Assembly: GCF_964355755.1 (NCBI RefSeq) | Contig: NC_092674.1 | Location: 1,178,001 to 1,242,000, forward strand | From: Antedon mediterranea | Lineage: Eukaryota > Animalia > Echinodermata | Direction: 5' to 3' | DNA: 64,000 bases | In this document: positions 24,201 to 38,800 of the stretch, one piece after another | Position numbering within the stretch: position 1 is the stretch's first letter | How the letters are laid out: each line of letters opens with the position of its first letter | Position numbers and translations under genes: made by a program | Notes under the pieces: generated by a model | Databases searched by the model: none | What the model was told of the DNA's origin: nothing | Seen by the model: only the letters and a program-made list of their open reading frames with translations

Positions 24201-27200
24201 TGACTGAAGGATGCTTCGTCATATCTGTATATAAATTTACGTAAGGGCAAAATTTGGTAAATCGCGCGTTATTTCTAGAATGTTTACTCGATTGTATATA
24301 AAGTTGGTTAGAATCTCGGTACTGATTTTAACCACCTGATGTAACCCTGTTTACTAATTAAATTGAGTTAGATAATTAGTTATTGACAATTAAAATGAAT
24401 TTAGGTTCAACGATTTGCCCCAGCGAGCGCACCATCTAGTATGATAAAATTATTATTAACAGAAATGTTATATTATAAACATTTGTCAGTCGATTAATCA
24501 ATATTCTATAAAAAACGTTTTATTTTCAGGATGATATCTGTAGTCCGGATGACTTAATATCAAACCTTCAGTAAGCATAACAAATTGTTGCTTTACGAAT
24601 GATCATTATTTAGCCAGAGTGTAATAGCGACCTTTGGTTTATAACACCGCGCCACGCGATTGGGGTGGGTTTGTTCTTTAGGAAGTATATACATGCAATA
24701 CTTATATGTCCATGAATATACTCTTTACAACAACTTTTAAGATATGTTATGTTTACAGAGAGAGTATGACATCAACAAAGATGGGGTTCGAAAAGCTGAA
24801 GATGTTAAATCGTAAAATACTTTCTAGTAAAGTTCAAAATATCGATCAAGTTAAAAGGTAAGCCTACGGTACCAGAAAAGTTTTGAAAACGTAACTGTAG
24901 TACGCCTTAAATGTTGGTATACACAAAGTATTCATTATTTCAATGGATGATGTGTACCTGTCACGGGGAATTCAGAATAATAGAAAGTAGACGAAAGAGA
25001 CAAGGCGCATTAATCTATGATGGACTATTTTCTTACAGTCACAAGATTGCACTCCAACAGAAAGTAGTATCGAAATTCAAGTCAATATTTAACAGTAAGT
25101 TAAGGACTGTGATTAAAAAGAATATTTATTTATAACCTACAATGGGCCTGGTGGATCTAGTGTATAACTCTAGTTGTTGGTGAAATGGCGATATATAAAC
25201 TTATAGTAAGAATTATCGCATTCGCAGTGCTATTTTGACGGTGATTTTAAAGATTATTTCTCTATTCTTTAGATAAAAAGATCAAAGATATAAAAGCTAA
25301 CCGAACTGTTCACTGGAAATATGCCTCAAATGAAATCGTCTCACTTTTGAAGAAAGTTCGGATTGAGGGCGTTTCAAGTAAGTATAAATATACGTTATTT
25401 TTTGACACGTCATGATGCACCAAATAATGAACAGACGGGAAGACAAATTGTGCACTTGCAGGGTTTGGTGCTAAGGTATTTAGAGGAGGATCGTCGTCCA
25501 GTCTTCTTCCTCAATAATTCATATTAAGTTTGCTCTTCTTCTGTCTGACCCAATCAGTAAGGAAATAAATAAGCGCATTTGAGGCCAACAAATGAAAATA
25601 AATAATTTGCTCGCATGTAAAGAAAAATTTTTTTTTTTATATAAGTTATTCAATATACTTTTTAATTTAATAGATATTGGAATTCTAGAAGAAAAACTGG
25701 AACAAGTTATTCATATTCTTGAAGACCAGACTAAGACCGTTTCTCAGTAAGTCAGTAAAATCTAAGTAAATCAGTACAGACGTCTTTAGCGACACATTTT
25801 GTGCGCTTACAAAAGCCTAATTATATTCGACAGACGACAGAATTTTCATTGTTCCTGTTGACTCTTTGAATATTTTTCACACATTTTTATTCCGAAACAA
25901 GATGATTATAACTTAAAATCTCTTACAGAATGCAAAGTAAATTGAAAGACAAAGATGACGTAAGTTAACAGTTTTTTTAAATAAATTCAGATGGTCTTTT
26001 TTAACGACTTTGCACGCGCGCGTCCAATTTATGTCTATCCAACATACACATACGTACGTACAGTATGTTCTATTGATTTGACTTCTCTGTATACTTAGGT
26101 AATAGATGAGATGGAACGAAAACAATCTGGAATGGATGGAGAAATAATGCTGTTAGTTGATGAAAAAGAAAAGTTAAAGAACCGTGTGCGCTCTCTTATC
26201 AAGGTATTACACATTGTATAGAAAGAAACCGTACTTTACCGTGGTCTTGATGTTCTTTCAAATGATAGATAATAATCGAAAAGTTGAATAATATTTCGAT
26301 ATCCCATAAGTACAACGGCGTTAGGCTACGCAAGAAGGACCAATAACGACGCGGTGGTGGAACTCACTTGATTTGTACCATGTCGTTTAGTGCGTGTGTC
26401 CTAATGTGAACACATATTGATTTTATAACATATTTTGTAATACATTTGAATACATGTTGGTATTATTCAATTTAAGCCTTCTTAATATAATTTAGAAATT
26501 GAAAGCTGTCAGAGCCGGTAATGCGATGACTCATTACGAAAACGAGGCGCCACTGGATGAAGAATCACATGCGTACGTAAGATACGATGGTAGCGAATCA
26601 GAACACATTCAATATCAACAGGTAAATATCTTGTAGGTAAGTTAGATATCATAATCATCATCATGACATCAATCAATTATAAAACCATGTTGAGTTTATT
26701 GTATTGTCAAGATCGTGAAACTAGCCTACTGGATCCTGATATGTGAACAATATTGGATTTATTCAAAATAACTTTTTACTGAATTACTAAAGGTGTACGC
26801 CAGTGACAACTTTGATGCGCGCATATCTTGTGATGAATCCACAACGAATAATATGACATTCTACGACATTGATGACCCGTCAAAGATGATTGATGCACTA
26901 ACAGACAAAATATTATCTTTGGAAAAACAAATCATTCAAAAGGTATTTACACAGAACCATTACTATACAGTCAACTCTAACGATGTAACGCCTACGAGTG
27001 GTAGTATTTGCCTACGAGTGGTAGCATTTGCCTACGAGTGGTAGCATTTGCCTACGAGTGGTAGCATTTACCTACTACTGCTACTGGCTACTGCTGCTTC
27101 GTATGTTAGTTCCTACTATCTGCTACTACAGTCAACTCTCCCAAATACCAGACTGTAAAACTCTCTCAAAGATAGAAAGACTTTTCCCAAGGTCCAAAAC

Positions 27201-30200
27201 ATCCCAAATCATTAACAATCATTGTTAGCCGTTCCTTGGCTGAAAAATAATAATAATATAAAATATTACTAAAACAGTCGGTTGAACTTTGATTTCCTAG
27301 AAAAATGAAAAATCTTATTTTTCCATTTAGGAAATGCGAATAATGAAGATTGAAAACAACTATCAGGAATTAGCTGAAGTAGTAAAGACATCTTCCCCAA
27401 ACGTTGTTGCCAACTTGCCCTTTGATTTAGACACGCATGAGTATAAATCTAAACTTAACACAAAGTAAGATACATTGACAAAATTCGGACAAATCCCTAG
27501 ACTTCCAACCCCTAAACAATTCGTCACTCGTCACACGAACCGGCGAATCGTCATTTTAAAACAAAAGCAATGAATCTTCTATTTTGTTCCTACATTAGTA
27601 TTTAGAAAGTATTTATAACAAAAGTTCTAAAAATCTATACCCAAAAAATTTAGAGGGAAAAATAATTTTGGCTTTGAAAGGTATTGTAAGTATTAGCTTT
27701 AAGATTATTGTTTAACATACGGAAATTAATAGTAATGTCTATTACAGATCAATCTGTAAAGATTGTAACTGTGTTACGAAGGAGAAGGGGTCTACACAAG
27801 TTCAGAAAATTAAACTAGCCAAAGAACAGGAGAAGATAGCTAAATTTGAACAGGACAACACGGCATTGAGAGCCGAGTTGGCACGGGTGCGAGCTGAACT
27901 TGATGGAAATCGAGCACAACTAGCAAAGACAAAGTGGGAACTAATCACGTTAAGATACGTGGATAATAAATCTACGCGGCTTCCTAGACCTTTTCCTGGT
28001 AACAATGAAGAAGAGAACGCAGAAGTTGACAAGCAAGAGGACAAGATGTATGAAATGAAGACGGATGAAACTTCAAAGAGGGTATGATTAGTATTCAACT
28101 TTGTCCACATGCATCATTTATTTGGAAAATACGGATGAAATCAAATAAAATGGTGCTATATCCTACACTAGATAGCAACCTTTAAAAAGTTTTTTTTGCT
28201 TGCGAACACGTAGTTTGCGTGACCTCTACAGTTTTACAACACGTATGTAGCAGACGTTGGCAATCTTGTTTGCATGACCTCTCTGCACATTTGTTTTCTA
28301 CAGTTTTCTTACACTTATCTTGCAAACTACACTTATCCAGTTTGCTCGAACATTTGTCAGTGTAGACTAAGAAACCCCAAATAGTAAAAGTGAACACAAT
28401 AATACATTGCAACTTATAAATATATTTTAAGGATTCAAAAAAAAGAAAGATCACCTTTAAAAGTGTCGTTAAGAAGATCGTAGCTCCTGTGCAAATGCAA
28501 GCAAGAACACCAAACAAATTGTTTATTACGCAACAACGTAATGCGACATTTAAGGACGAGTTTGAGGCGTACGCAAGTGTACTTAAACAAGTTGAGCAAC
28601 CAGTAAAACAGATAACAATGTCCAGAATAAAACAACAATCCAACGATCCTAACGCTGGTGGTGCTGTTGAGGTCGAGCAAGTTAATCTTGCACATCAAGT
28701 ACATACAATTTGTTCTCCACTTTTGATATTCTATATTGACATTTTATTATAGTCTCTTTTAGACTCTTTGTTATAGTTATTATAAGCATTAATTTCTTTA
28801 TAGGGAGTGCAGACCGATCCAGCAATGGACCCGCTTGGGGCATGGTCAAATGGTATTGAAGTAGTCAATGTGAGTTATATTTTACTTTCATAAATTGAAA
28901 GAAGAACTATGTTCCAACCCACTACTCTCTCACCTCATTTAGTAGGTCTGGTCGTAGCCCACTTTATCAATCAACTGCATTTTAATACTATGTACAATTT
29001 TAAGTTTGAGGTAAGATAACTAAAACAAAGATTAGTTTTATAAAACTATGGAACTATAGAAATTAGATATTATACAATGAATGTTTATGAGTGCAATGGT
29101 ATAAATAATGATAATGAGGTAAGAATGAAAGTTGCTATTTCCCTCGCGTTTTGCGTGGTTGCTCTTCTGTAAAGCGTGGTTCCCACTAGCGACGCAACGC
29201 AAGGACGTAACGCAACGCAAGTGAATTGACCAATCACAAGCGATGGCTTATTCGCTTGTGATGGCTAACTGTCTATAACTTCGCTTGTCATTGGTTAAAA
29301 CGCTTGCGTTGCGTTACGTCCTTGCGTTACGTTCTAGTTGGAACCAAGCTTTAAAATGAATACGCTCTGCATTATACGAGATTTAACGGGAATATAACGA
29401 AATTCAATGGTCATTATGTTGATGATGTTTGTAAGTGTTCAAAGTAGAGATGGATATAGTGTGACGCACACTCCTCCAATCATATGAAAGGAACCAGGAG
29501 GAGGTGTGTTATAAATTGTAAAATGGAGAATCTCTTCTACAGGATGATGTCAACAAGATGTCATCCAGATTAAGTGTGAAGCTACCACTAAAAACACATA
29601 ACCTACCAGCACCGCCAACAGAATGGGAGAACTTTGACCCCACACCAGATATTGCCGACACCGAAATGCATACGTCACACCTAGAATCATTTCCAGACCC
29701 GGATCAACTCAGAAATAACAACGATGTTATTGCATTTGTTGAGAGGGAGGTAAAAGGAATTCTCTATTTCTTATTAATGCACTTGGGTGGCCAAAAACGG
29801 AGTTTATAATCTTTAGCGCAGCTAGCAATGCACGAATAAAATGTTACTATTTTCATTTCATAACATTTATTTACAAACTCTGACAAAAAAAGAAAGGAAA
29901 AATACAATGCATATAAAATAAAGAAAATAAACAGATGCCCGGAAAGATGAAGACAAACATCTTGTGGTGGTCAAGCCTTAAAAAAAAATAAGAAAAAAAA
30001 TAACCCGTACCCAATTGTTGCCAATCTTGGTAGCAATTATTACTGTAAGTCATTATAATTATTTATATTTCCAAAGCTGGAACGTATGGTACAAGGTATC
30101 ATCGGATTTACAGAATATTTAAATTCAGTGATTGAAAAGGAGACAGATAGCTTAAACAATGTCAATAAAAAACTGAGAACGGCTTTGTCGGAAAGGACGA

Positions 30201-33200
30201 TCATGGCCATTGAACAGGTAATACAATTTTCTTTTTTATTTTTCTACTTGTATGTTTGTGGATATGTATGAATTTTTTCCGAAAAAAAAAAAGAAATTTA
30301 ATTGAAATAATCTATGATTTCCACCTATCTGATTGGACAGTGATTCGTTTACTTTTGGTAATCCTTGGCCACATGTGTCTAAAGATATAAATGAATAATA
30401 ATAATAAAAAGCTAAGATAGTTAAGTACATTAAACCTGATACAGATTAATCTTCAATGCCATATGTTTTACGACGTACCTTTCGTACCAAATACGGTGAT
30501 AAAGTTTATAGATGTACAATATCCTTGAGGACCAATTGCACGGTAGGTTGTCAAAGAATAACGGCCGTAACAAATGTTATTTTGCTCTCCTCAGTGCTTT
30601 ATTTTTATATATCACTGAAAAGAATAAATAAGTAAATAATAAATATTTATGTATTATAACCAGAAATTGAACAAGAGCCAAGAAAAGGAAGATGGTTGTG
30701 CTAGCAGAGGTTCTCGTTCAAAGACACCCACAATGATTGGACGGTTTGAACTTGCAACTAATGCAAAACCTTCCAAATACGTTCATAATAAATACTTCGC
30801 AAGCTATTCGTTTGGAAAGAGGTAAACTATTGGACAAAACGCAAGAACGCATGTTATTGTCCAATCTAAACTTAGGATCGATCCATCGCCTGTGATGAGT
30901 AAGCTTACGTTGCTGTACTTGCATGTACTTACTTTACGTCAAAATGTTTACATACGCCTACAAATGTGTTAATCTCAAAATAGTTTGACAAAAAAATGTT
31001 ATGTGCCCAAATATGGTAGTGATGTGCCCAAATAATGGTAGTGATATGACATCATCATGTCTATTATGGGCACATCATTTTTTTTGTCACAAACTTTGAT
31101 AGTGTTGACAAAGCTCTAATTCTTGCCAAATAAAAAAAACCAGTCCTACATTAACTATAGACTAAAACTAGGTACTTTATCCCATATAAATATAATGCTC
31201 TAATCAACAGAAAAGTCGACGACCCAACTCATCCCCCACCGATCGACTCCAAGCGATATGCAAGTCCATGTAAGAACGTTTTTATGTTTCTTTTTAAAGT
31301 ATTATTAACAATACGACAATTTCATGCGATTCTGAAAAATCAAACATCAAGCCGATGTGTTTTAAAATAAAGTGTACGTCATTAAATTGGTTTCATATTC
31401 TATTGATTTGTCTTTTCTTAAACTTTTAAATCAATGATAATTACACATTATACTATTATTATTGACAAATAATATAATAATACGAAGTGGTAATTTGGGA
31501 TGATGTGCATCAGCAATATTATTAGTAATTGTGGCGCAGTGTGGTTCGAATCTAACTTTTGCTGCATTGCTTTCTTAGGCAAAACACTTACATTTGCCTC
31601 TGTTTTTCAGTTACTCCCCCACCTCCCTGGTACAACATAGCAGAGACCCACATCCAGGCGAGTGAGGCAAAGGCCAGGTCACAAAGAAACAGCATCGACG
31701 CGGTTGACCTCGGCTTAAGTGACCAACTGAAAAAACAAGTCACTATGATAGGTGAACATGCCATCCGGGTTTTGAGAGGAACCAGCTTGATCTTCCAGGA
31801 AAGCTTTGAGGAACAGATCAAAGAATATTCACAACTTCATGACGCATGCTCAAATAAAATTCCGGAATGGAAGAAGAACATTGCTGCATCACTTCGACAA
31901 GGAAGATTGTCTGATGGTGGTCTTAATATAAACCCTTTAGTTATAAAACGTTCTAGTTCTGAACGGAGAATAGATGAGGTAGTAGTTTTCAACATTTAAT
32001 ACAGTTTTGTTTCCTTTCTTTTTAATATTCATCTATACATTTATTAATCAACAAATATCACTATCAATACATTCCAAAAAAGGATACAAATAAACAGAAG
32101 ATGAAATAAAATTTTGAAAACGGGTTGCTAGCTATCCAGTTAAATATTCAGGTGTTATTCAAAAATAACCAGAAAGACGAGTAAAAATAACAAACTCACC
32201 ATAAGTCTAAAATGAAGCATTAGTTCCACTTATTTATGTTTAAATTAACTAAACATAACCATAATCTAAATTAATTTCTTCTTTTGAAGTCAAAAGAAAG
32301 ACACCGTGAGAAGGAGAACGAACGGAATGGCAGGACGTTGTGTGTGTTGCGATCGACTCAGTCTTTAAGCTCATTAGAGGTAAGAGAACCATACAGAGTT
32401 AAAATGATAAATTTAATATTGTATACTATTATGTACACACTATTTAATTATTTCTAGAATATAATTGAATTCTTTTTCTGTTTGTACGTTTGTTGGTATG
32501 GATGAAATTTCTCAAATAAAATTAAATTTAATTGAATTAATCTACGATTTCTACCTATCTGACAGTGATTCATTTATTTTTGGTAATCTTTGGCCACATT
32601 TGTCATAAATGAATAATGGTAATAACAAGTTAAGATACGTTACGTACGTTAAACCTGATACAGATTAATGTTCAATGATATATGTTTTACAACGTACCTT
32701 TCGTGCCAACTACGGTGATAAAGTTTAAATATGTATAGTTAATATATTTATATATATATATGAAGTCAATCAGGATTTGTCTAGGGCATCCATAGCACAC
32801 GGATATATAAATCATCTAGATATACATATTTTTTATTATATAGAACTCGCACAGATATTTACCCTCGTTGATGGTCCATAAAAATCTTGATAATATGAAC
32901 AGACCTGAAATGAAGATCCCGAAGGCAGTGGTACCAAGGAAGGGTACTATTATGCTACACACCAATCAGCTACAAAAGGAAGAGACTAAGCTATCTTATA
33001 AAGGTATACACTATCATGGTTAAAACATAGAAAATCAGACATTATTATAATGTTATTGCGTATAATATTAGGGATTTCTTAAATGTATTTAAAAAAAAAT
33101 GAAATTAACAGACTTCATTCTAAAATCAACATTTCATGGACCCGTCCGATACCGGATTTGATTATTCTCTCAATTTGAATGTATCTTTGTTACTTCTGAT

Positions 33201-34088
33201 CGTTATAATTCAATCTATAATCAATAATATTCCATATTGTACAAATCAATAAACTATAAGTATAATGTATTATAATAAGGTCTTAAATATTAAATATTTG
33301 ATATATTATTTCATACATCTCTTCATAACATTCACATTGTTAAGCATCATAACAAAATAGTACTGTAATCATTTTAAATCATTTTATCATGTAAACATTC
33401 GGACGACATGTCCATTTTTGTGTCTCATAAAAACTAGGTTAATACTATACCAGTAATTGATAAAATTGACCAATTTATTAATTTATATTATTAAAATAAA
33501 AACGTCGTAGAAAGAAACACTGTGCGCGGATCTTTGTTGAATAATAATGGAGCCGACTCATTAAGGGCATTGGTTCATCAAATATTATTTGATGATCGGA
33601 TCTTATTATTTTTTAAGGGTATGACGAAAAGAAACGTTTTAAACCAGTGCCAGTTTCTCACAAAAAGCTACTGGCTAAACAAAAGGATATGCTTGGTAGA
33701 GTCTATAAACCAAAGAGTGTTCCAGAACAGGACTTTACCAATGGACCTAGAACTGTATTGGAACTAAGCCAACAGATTGTAGAATTTAAGGTACATTCAC
33801 AGCGTTTAAATTTTACCGTATAATTTAAGTTGTAAATATCGGCTAAAAAAAAAAATTAAACAATTACAAAACAAAAATAATAAAATATCATTTAAATTAG
33901 TTTTTTGGATGCTTGGTACTGTAGTTGAATCCAGGTGTTTATTATGAAAGTTAAATTGGGTTTTTTTTTAGCCTAAAAATACGAGAGAGTTACCGCCATT
34001 GCCAGCCAAGCAGGTGATAGAAAAGGCGCAGAGAATGCTAGTAACAGACAACACTACAGCAAAGGATAAATTATTGATGCATTCCTAA
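21288..34088 (+). CDS. Uncharacterised multi-exon coiled-coil protein (~25 exons, on the order of 1,100 aa)
   Basis: Phase-consistent GT-AG exon chain: 21288-21566, 21818-21865, 22052-22105, 23595-23681, 23817-23837, 24073-24096, 24530-24570, 24759-24858, ~25039, ~25273, ~25674, ~25929, ~26099, ~26496, 26793-26942, ~27331, ~27748-28081, ~28432-28698, ~28804, ~29542-29749, ~30077-30217, ~30664, ~31211, ~31611-31978, ~32291, ~32844, ~33619-33790, 33972-34088 (TAA); heptad segments such as LRAELARVRAELDGNRAQLAKTKWEL. Confidence 0.7.
22448..23537. repeat. 64-bp minisatellite x~17 (intronic)
   Basis: Unit GAAAAGGACAATA(A/C)AAAGACATGCACAGACTTTAATGGACAAAGAAAATGAAATATACAAGGGA; ORF track repeats every 64 nt. 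Confidence 0.95.
26990..27075. repeat. 20-bp tandem repeat CCTACGAGTGGTAGCATTTG x~4
   Basis: Direct reading. Confidence 0.85.
29172..29351. mobile_element. MITE (GCGTGGTTCCCACTAG...GCAAC family; Harbinger-like)
   Basis: Inverted termini AGCGTGGTTCCCACTAG / CTAGTTGGAACCAAGCT with internal GCAAC/GTTGC repeats; related copies at ~20140-20310, ~57655-57942, ~59850-60052. Confidence 0.7.
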
Positions 34089-34361
34089 TAATTACTAATC
34101 ATGAATAAGTATTGAAATAATAATAATAGTATAAAAAAGGAATATTATACGCAACTATAACAATATAAGATGAAACAATAAACTATGAATAAACGACTAG
34201 TATAAATGCATACCTTTTTTTTTCGTGTGATTATGTTGTACTGTAAAAAATAATATCTTTATTTTGTCAAGACAACCGAAATAATTGATGAATCTGACCA
34301 ATTTTCTCGGTTTGGAAAGTCAACACCCTCACCAATATTATTATTATTAATAATAGGCCTA

Positions 34362-34400
<39 letters not shown>

Positions 34401-34747
34401 TAGGCTTAATAATAGACCAAAGTTGATTAGTTCCAACTTTTATTTCGACCAATGGCTGTACTCAAGCTTACTATACGACCGTCTTAAAACGTCTCTATTG
34501 GATATTGAATCCCTTTTCAGATGTCAATTTCCTATCAATAAAGGTTACTATTTCTTTTTTTTGCGTAGTTGCTGGTAAGATAATTTCTATTTAGTTCGCT
34601 TCTACTTTTATTGTGCTTAGTTTATTGTACTTCGTGTAAACATTAGCACCAGCATCTTTATTACCGTTTTCTAGGCATTAGCTTGTGGTCTTATATTTCA
34701 ATTCATTGGTAAGTAGTAATTTTATTATGGAATTAAAATAATATAAC

Positions 34748-34802
34748 TAAGCGCCTTGAGCACTTTGTGGATATGTGCGCTTTATAAATCTTATCTTATC
34801 TT
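34748..34802 (+). mobile_element. 3' tail fragment of an L2/CR1-type LINE or partner SINE
   Basis: TAAGCGCCTTGAGCAC..GTGGATATGTGCGCTTTATAAAT followed by short (CTTAT)n tail; inverted relative at ~60100-60157. Confidence 0.5.
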
Positions 34803-34867
34803 AAGTACAATCGGAGTGTTTGTAAACATGTTTGGCTATAATAACAGTTTTATAAGTTACAGTCGGA

Positions 34868-35378
34868 CTGTGGATGGCCAGTAAGGTGTTTAGCAGGGAA
34901 CATCAGTACCTGCAATACCCACAACGTTTACTAACAGAAACTGTGGATGGCCAGTAAGGTGTTTAGCAGGGAACATCAGTACCTGCAATACCCACTACGT
35001 TTACTAACAGAAACTGTGGATGGCCAGTAAGGTGTTTAGCAGGGAACATCAGTACCTGCAATACCCACTACGTTTACTAACAGAAACTGTGGATGGCCAG
35101 TAAGGTGTTTAGCAGGGAACATCAGTACCTGCAATACCCACTACGTTTACTAACAGAAACTGTGGATGGCCAGTAAGGTGTTTAGCAGGGAACATCAGTA
35201 CCTGCAATACCCACTACGTTTACTAACAGAAACTGTGGATGGCCAGTAAGGTGTTTAGCAGGGAACATCAGTACCTGCAATACCCACTACGTTTACTAAC
35301 AGAAACTGTGGATGGCCAGTAAGGTGTTTAGCAGGGAACATCAGTACCTGCAATACCCACTACGTTTACTAACAGAAA
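34868..35378. repeat. 73-bp minisatellite x7 upstream of/in 5' region of first SLC22 gene
   Basis: Unit CTGTGGATGGCCAGTAAGGTGTTTAGCAGGGAACATCAGTACCTGCAATACCCACTACGTTTACTAACAGAAA; starts at 34868, 34941, 35014... Confidence 0.95.
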
Positions 35379-35830
35379 CAAATACAAACAGGAGGAATGA
35401 ATAAAACTATAACCTTACGAAGGTTACGATTTCTACCAGAGGCTGTCGAGAAATTTGAATAGTAGCCAATATTCAACATACAAAAATATAACCAGTGGTC
35501 AAAATTCAACATTATAAAAATATGACTACTTGTCAAAAAAATTCCTGCCAAATACCTCTCTCATAGTTAGTTAGACTTGCCCAAAGTCTCTATAGTTATT
35601 GTCTTTTTGTTAAGTTATTATTATTTTTTGATTGCCCTTAACTAGATACTAGATATGTTAAAATGTTAGGAACATTATATTCTAGCCTGCGTTGGTTGGG
35701 ATGTTCACTTGTTAAGCATTGGTGATCATCTTTACCATATCCGAGTATACGTGTAAGAAATTATATTTTCAGCCATGACAGAGAAATGTAAGTACATAAT
35801 TGAGATAAATTTAACTATACAGGGGCAACG

Positions 35831-38800
35831 ATGGACGTTGATGAAACTCTAAGAGCTCTACATCCATGGGGTAGATACCAGATTGTCTTACTAATCGTCA
35901 ACTGTGTATTTGGAACCATGATACCTGCGCTCCACATTATGTCGCTAATTTACATAATGGATACACCTGAACACCACTGTAACCCTTACGAGGGATACAG
36001 TACATCAGATGCTATTCCAGTAAGCAAGGTCCACAGCAAGGAGATAGTGGAGTATGAGAGCTGCTTGATCTACCAAATGGATAATGGTACATTGACAAAT
36101 CAGACGATAAGTTGCCCGGATGGAAACGAGTACATATTGAGTGAAGGAGAATCAACAGTCGTCAATGAGGTAAAGTAATATTACAAGTTACATAATAAAT
36201 AAAGACTAAAAGTTAAAAGGTAAAGTAAAAGTTCAGGTACTATAACAAAGAGAATAATGTAACAATGTATGTAAAAAAAGTATGAGAATAAGCCAGGTCT
36301 ACACTACCAAAGTTTGGCAAACAAAAAGTTTTGCACGCTAATTTAATCCTAGTCTCACCAGCAAATTTGGGAAAACTTTTCTTGTTAAACTCACAAGTTT
36401 GCTCAAGTTTTAAAACTTGCTAAAGTTTGCTAGTATAGCTTTCTGTAAACTTGTTTTATTCTACAGGTTGTGCTGACGTTTTCTCAAGTTTTAAAACTTA
36501 ATGTTTTAAACTTGTGCAAATTTTCTTCTGAATATGTTTTCAGGAACGTTTCAACAGTTTTACACAAACTTTCTTTCGAAATTTCGACTTTGCTCAATTT
36601 TGCAGTTTGTTAAATGTAAAATAGGCTTTAGTCTACTAATGTAAATTCATAAAAAGCACTTTGCATTGCATTCAGGCCTATAATATAGTAAAATTTTTTC
36701 ATTAAGCTTGGTTTGGTTTGTGACAAGAAACTAATGGCAAGTACGGCAATGTCTGTGTACTTCTGTGGTGTTTTGGTTGGAGCAATAGTATCGGGTATAA
36801 CATCCGATTATTTTGGAAGACGGAATGTGTTTTTAACCGCAACCATTTTAATTGGTATAACTGGGATAGGTCTGATATTTACAACATCTTATTATACGTT
36901 TGTTTTCGTTTGGTTTATCACGGCCATTGAAGAACAGGTAAGGAAACTCTAAATTACGGAAACTTATAGCAACCACCCACCCATACTTCTAAAGGATTTA
37001 CACTTAATTAATTATTATTTATATATGCATCTGGGTAGTCACTAGTACGCTTCCATACTAAATTGTATACTACTATACAGTAATTTTTCATTCCGTTGCA
37101 ACGCGAAACTGAACGGTATTTGAAAGAATGAAGACATCACGAGTTGATAATAAAAATATATTGTAATTTTTATATCATGTTGTCATCTACCTCTGTATAA
37201 CACGTCATAGTTATTAATAAAACTATTTTATTAACAGATTACGAATAGTTACACACTGTCAGTTCTTATCATCTATTTATATAATTATTGATTAGAACAG
37301 AGTTTTTTCACTGTATACCTATTATGCAATCACGACATGTCGTATACTGTAGTAAAAAAATACCTAATACATATTGCATTTATTTTTACTTTCAACATTA
37401 TTTTTAGTGTGTAAATGTTCCTTCTTACGTTTTATTAATGGAAATGTTCCCGCCAGAGAAACGGACGCTTGCTGGATGTATATCAAACCTTACGTGGGGT
37501 GTTGGCGTTGCTCTTTTGCCAATGTATGCATATTTGCTAAAGGATTGGAGATATATGCACGTGGCTATCTCTGTTCCTTGCTTCGTGGCCGTGTTTCTGT
37601 GGTGGTAAGTTAATATAAATGATACAAATATAGGTTATCATTAATAATGATTTTAAAAAGTAAATTTATCTGTCTATCTATCTATTCAACAATACATTTT
37701 ATTAGATATTTGAGCTTTAAGCATTAAAGCACACTTACGAATCACATTGTTTCTAAAGAACAGTACAGAAAGTGAACTAATAATAATAATGATAATAATA
37801 ATTAATGCAATCATCGCTGACGTCATCCATTAAAAGCAAGATGGTAAAAGATTTAATCACAGATAGCTCTGGTCATATTTATTTATATATAAGTCAAAAA
37901 GAAGTCATGACGTCACAAAACGTATGCCACATACAGTATTATATAACACCTAAATACATTCCTTTCATTTGATTGGACGAATGTGGGGACATGGCGTGCA
38001 ATAATACGCACTATTAAACGATCGTTTAATAGTACAGTACTTTTTCGTGTACGAAAAAAATATATTTTTGAGTTTGGAAAATATTTTGTTTATACTATTG
38101 CTTTTGAAATACAACAGCGCCACCTATTTTGTAATTTCGCGGCGATTTGAATGTTATGATGACTGGTTTTTCGCGATGGGAGTACATTTCTGGAGAGATA
38201 TTGTACTAATTTAGATCAAAAAAGCATTTTAAAAATTAACTTTAGATCGTGTGTAGGATTTTAATTAATTAATGGGAACATCTTCAAGACGTGGAATCGT
38301 TGGAAAACCATAATTAGCCTAGATGAGTTCCAATTGTCTGTCGAAGTTTTGCCTTTCAGACAAGCTAGTACTAGGTCTGGTTTACGATGAAATCGGTCGC
38401 GCTATTTTGTATGGAGCTGAGCGAGATGCATGCTGGCGGTGTATACATTTTTTCGTTTATATAGATTCAATTGATATTTTTTTGGAACTAGATTATTTAT
38501 GAGGATATTTTTTATTTGGTTTATAAATATTTATTATCAATCATTTTTTTTTTATTTCACAAGTCTCAGAGAAGGACTATGTCTTTTCAAAATGGCCATT
38601 TCTACTACGTTTAAAATATTATATTAGGGATATAATAATTTACCTCTATTTCATTATGTACTGTAATTAATATATTATATAGAGAATACGTCTATCTCTT
38701 TTATTATGCAAACATTTACGTAAAAGAGAACAATTTATATAAAAACAATAATTGTTACAATGTAGGCCTATAGCCCGTATAGCCAGCGTATCCATTTTTA

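Noticed and set aside
33112-33161. Alternative terminal exon (DFILKSTFHGPVRYRI*) for the coiled-coil gene
   Set aside because: Weak polypyrimidine tract; two better in-frame exons follow; cannot be supported without transcripts
35775-35830. Upstream ATG extension MTEKWAT for SLC22-A
   Set aside because: Would need a 35-nt intron, implausibly short; not conserved in paralogs
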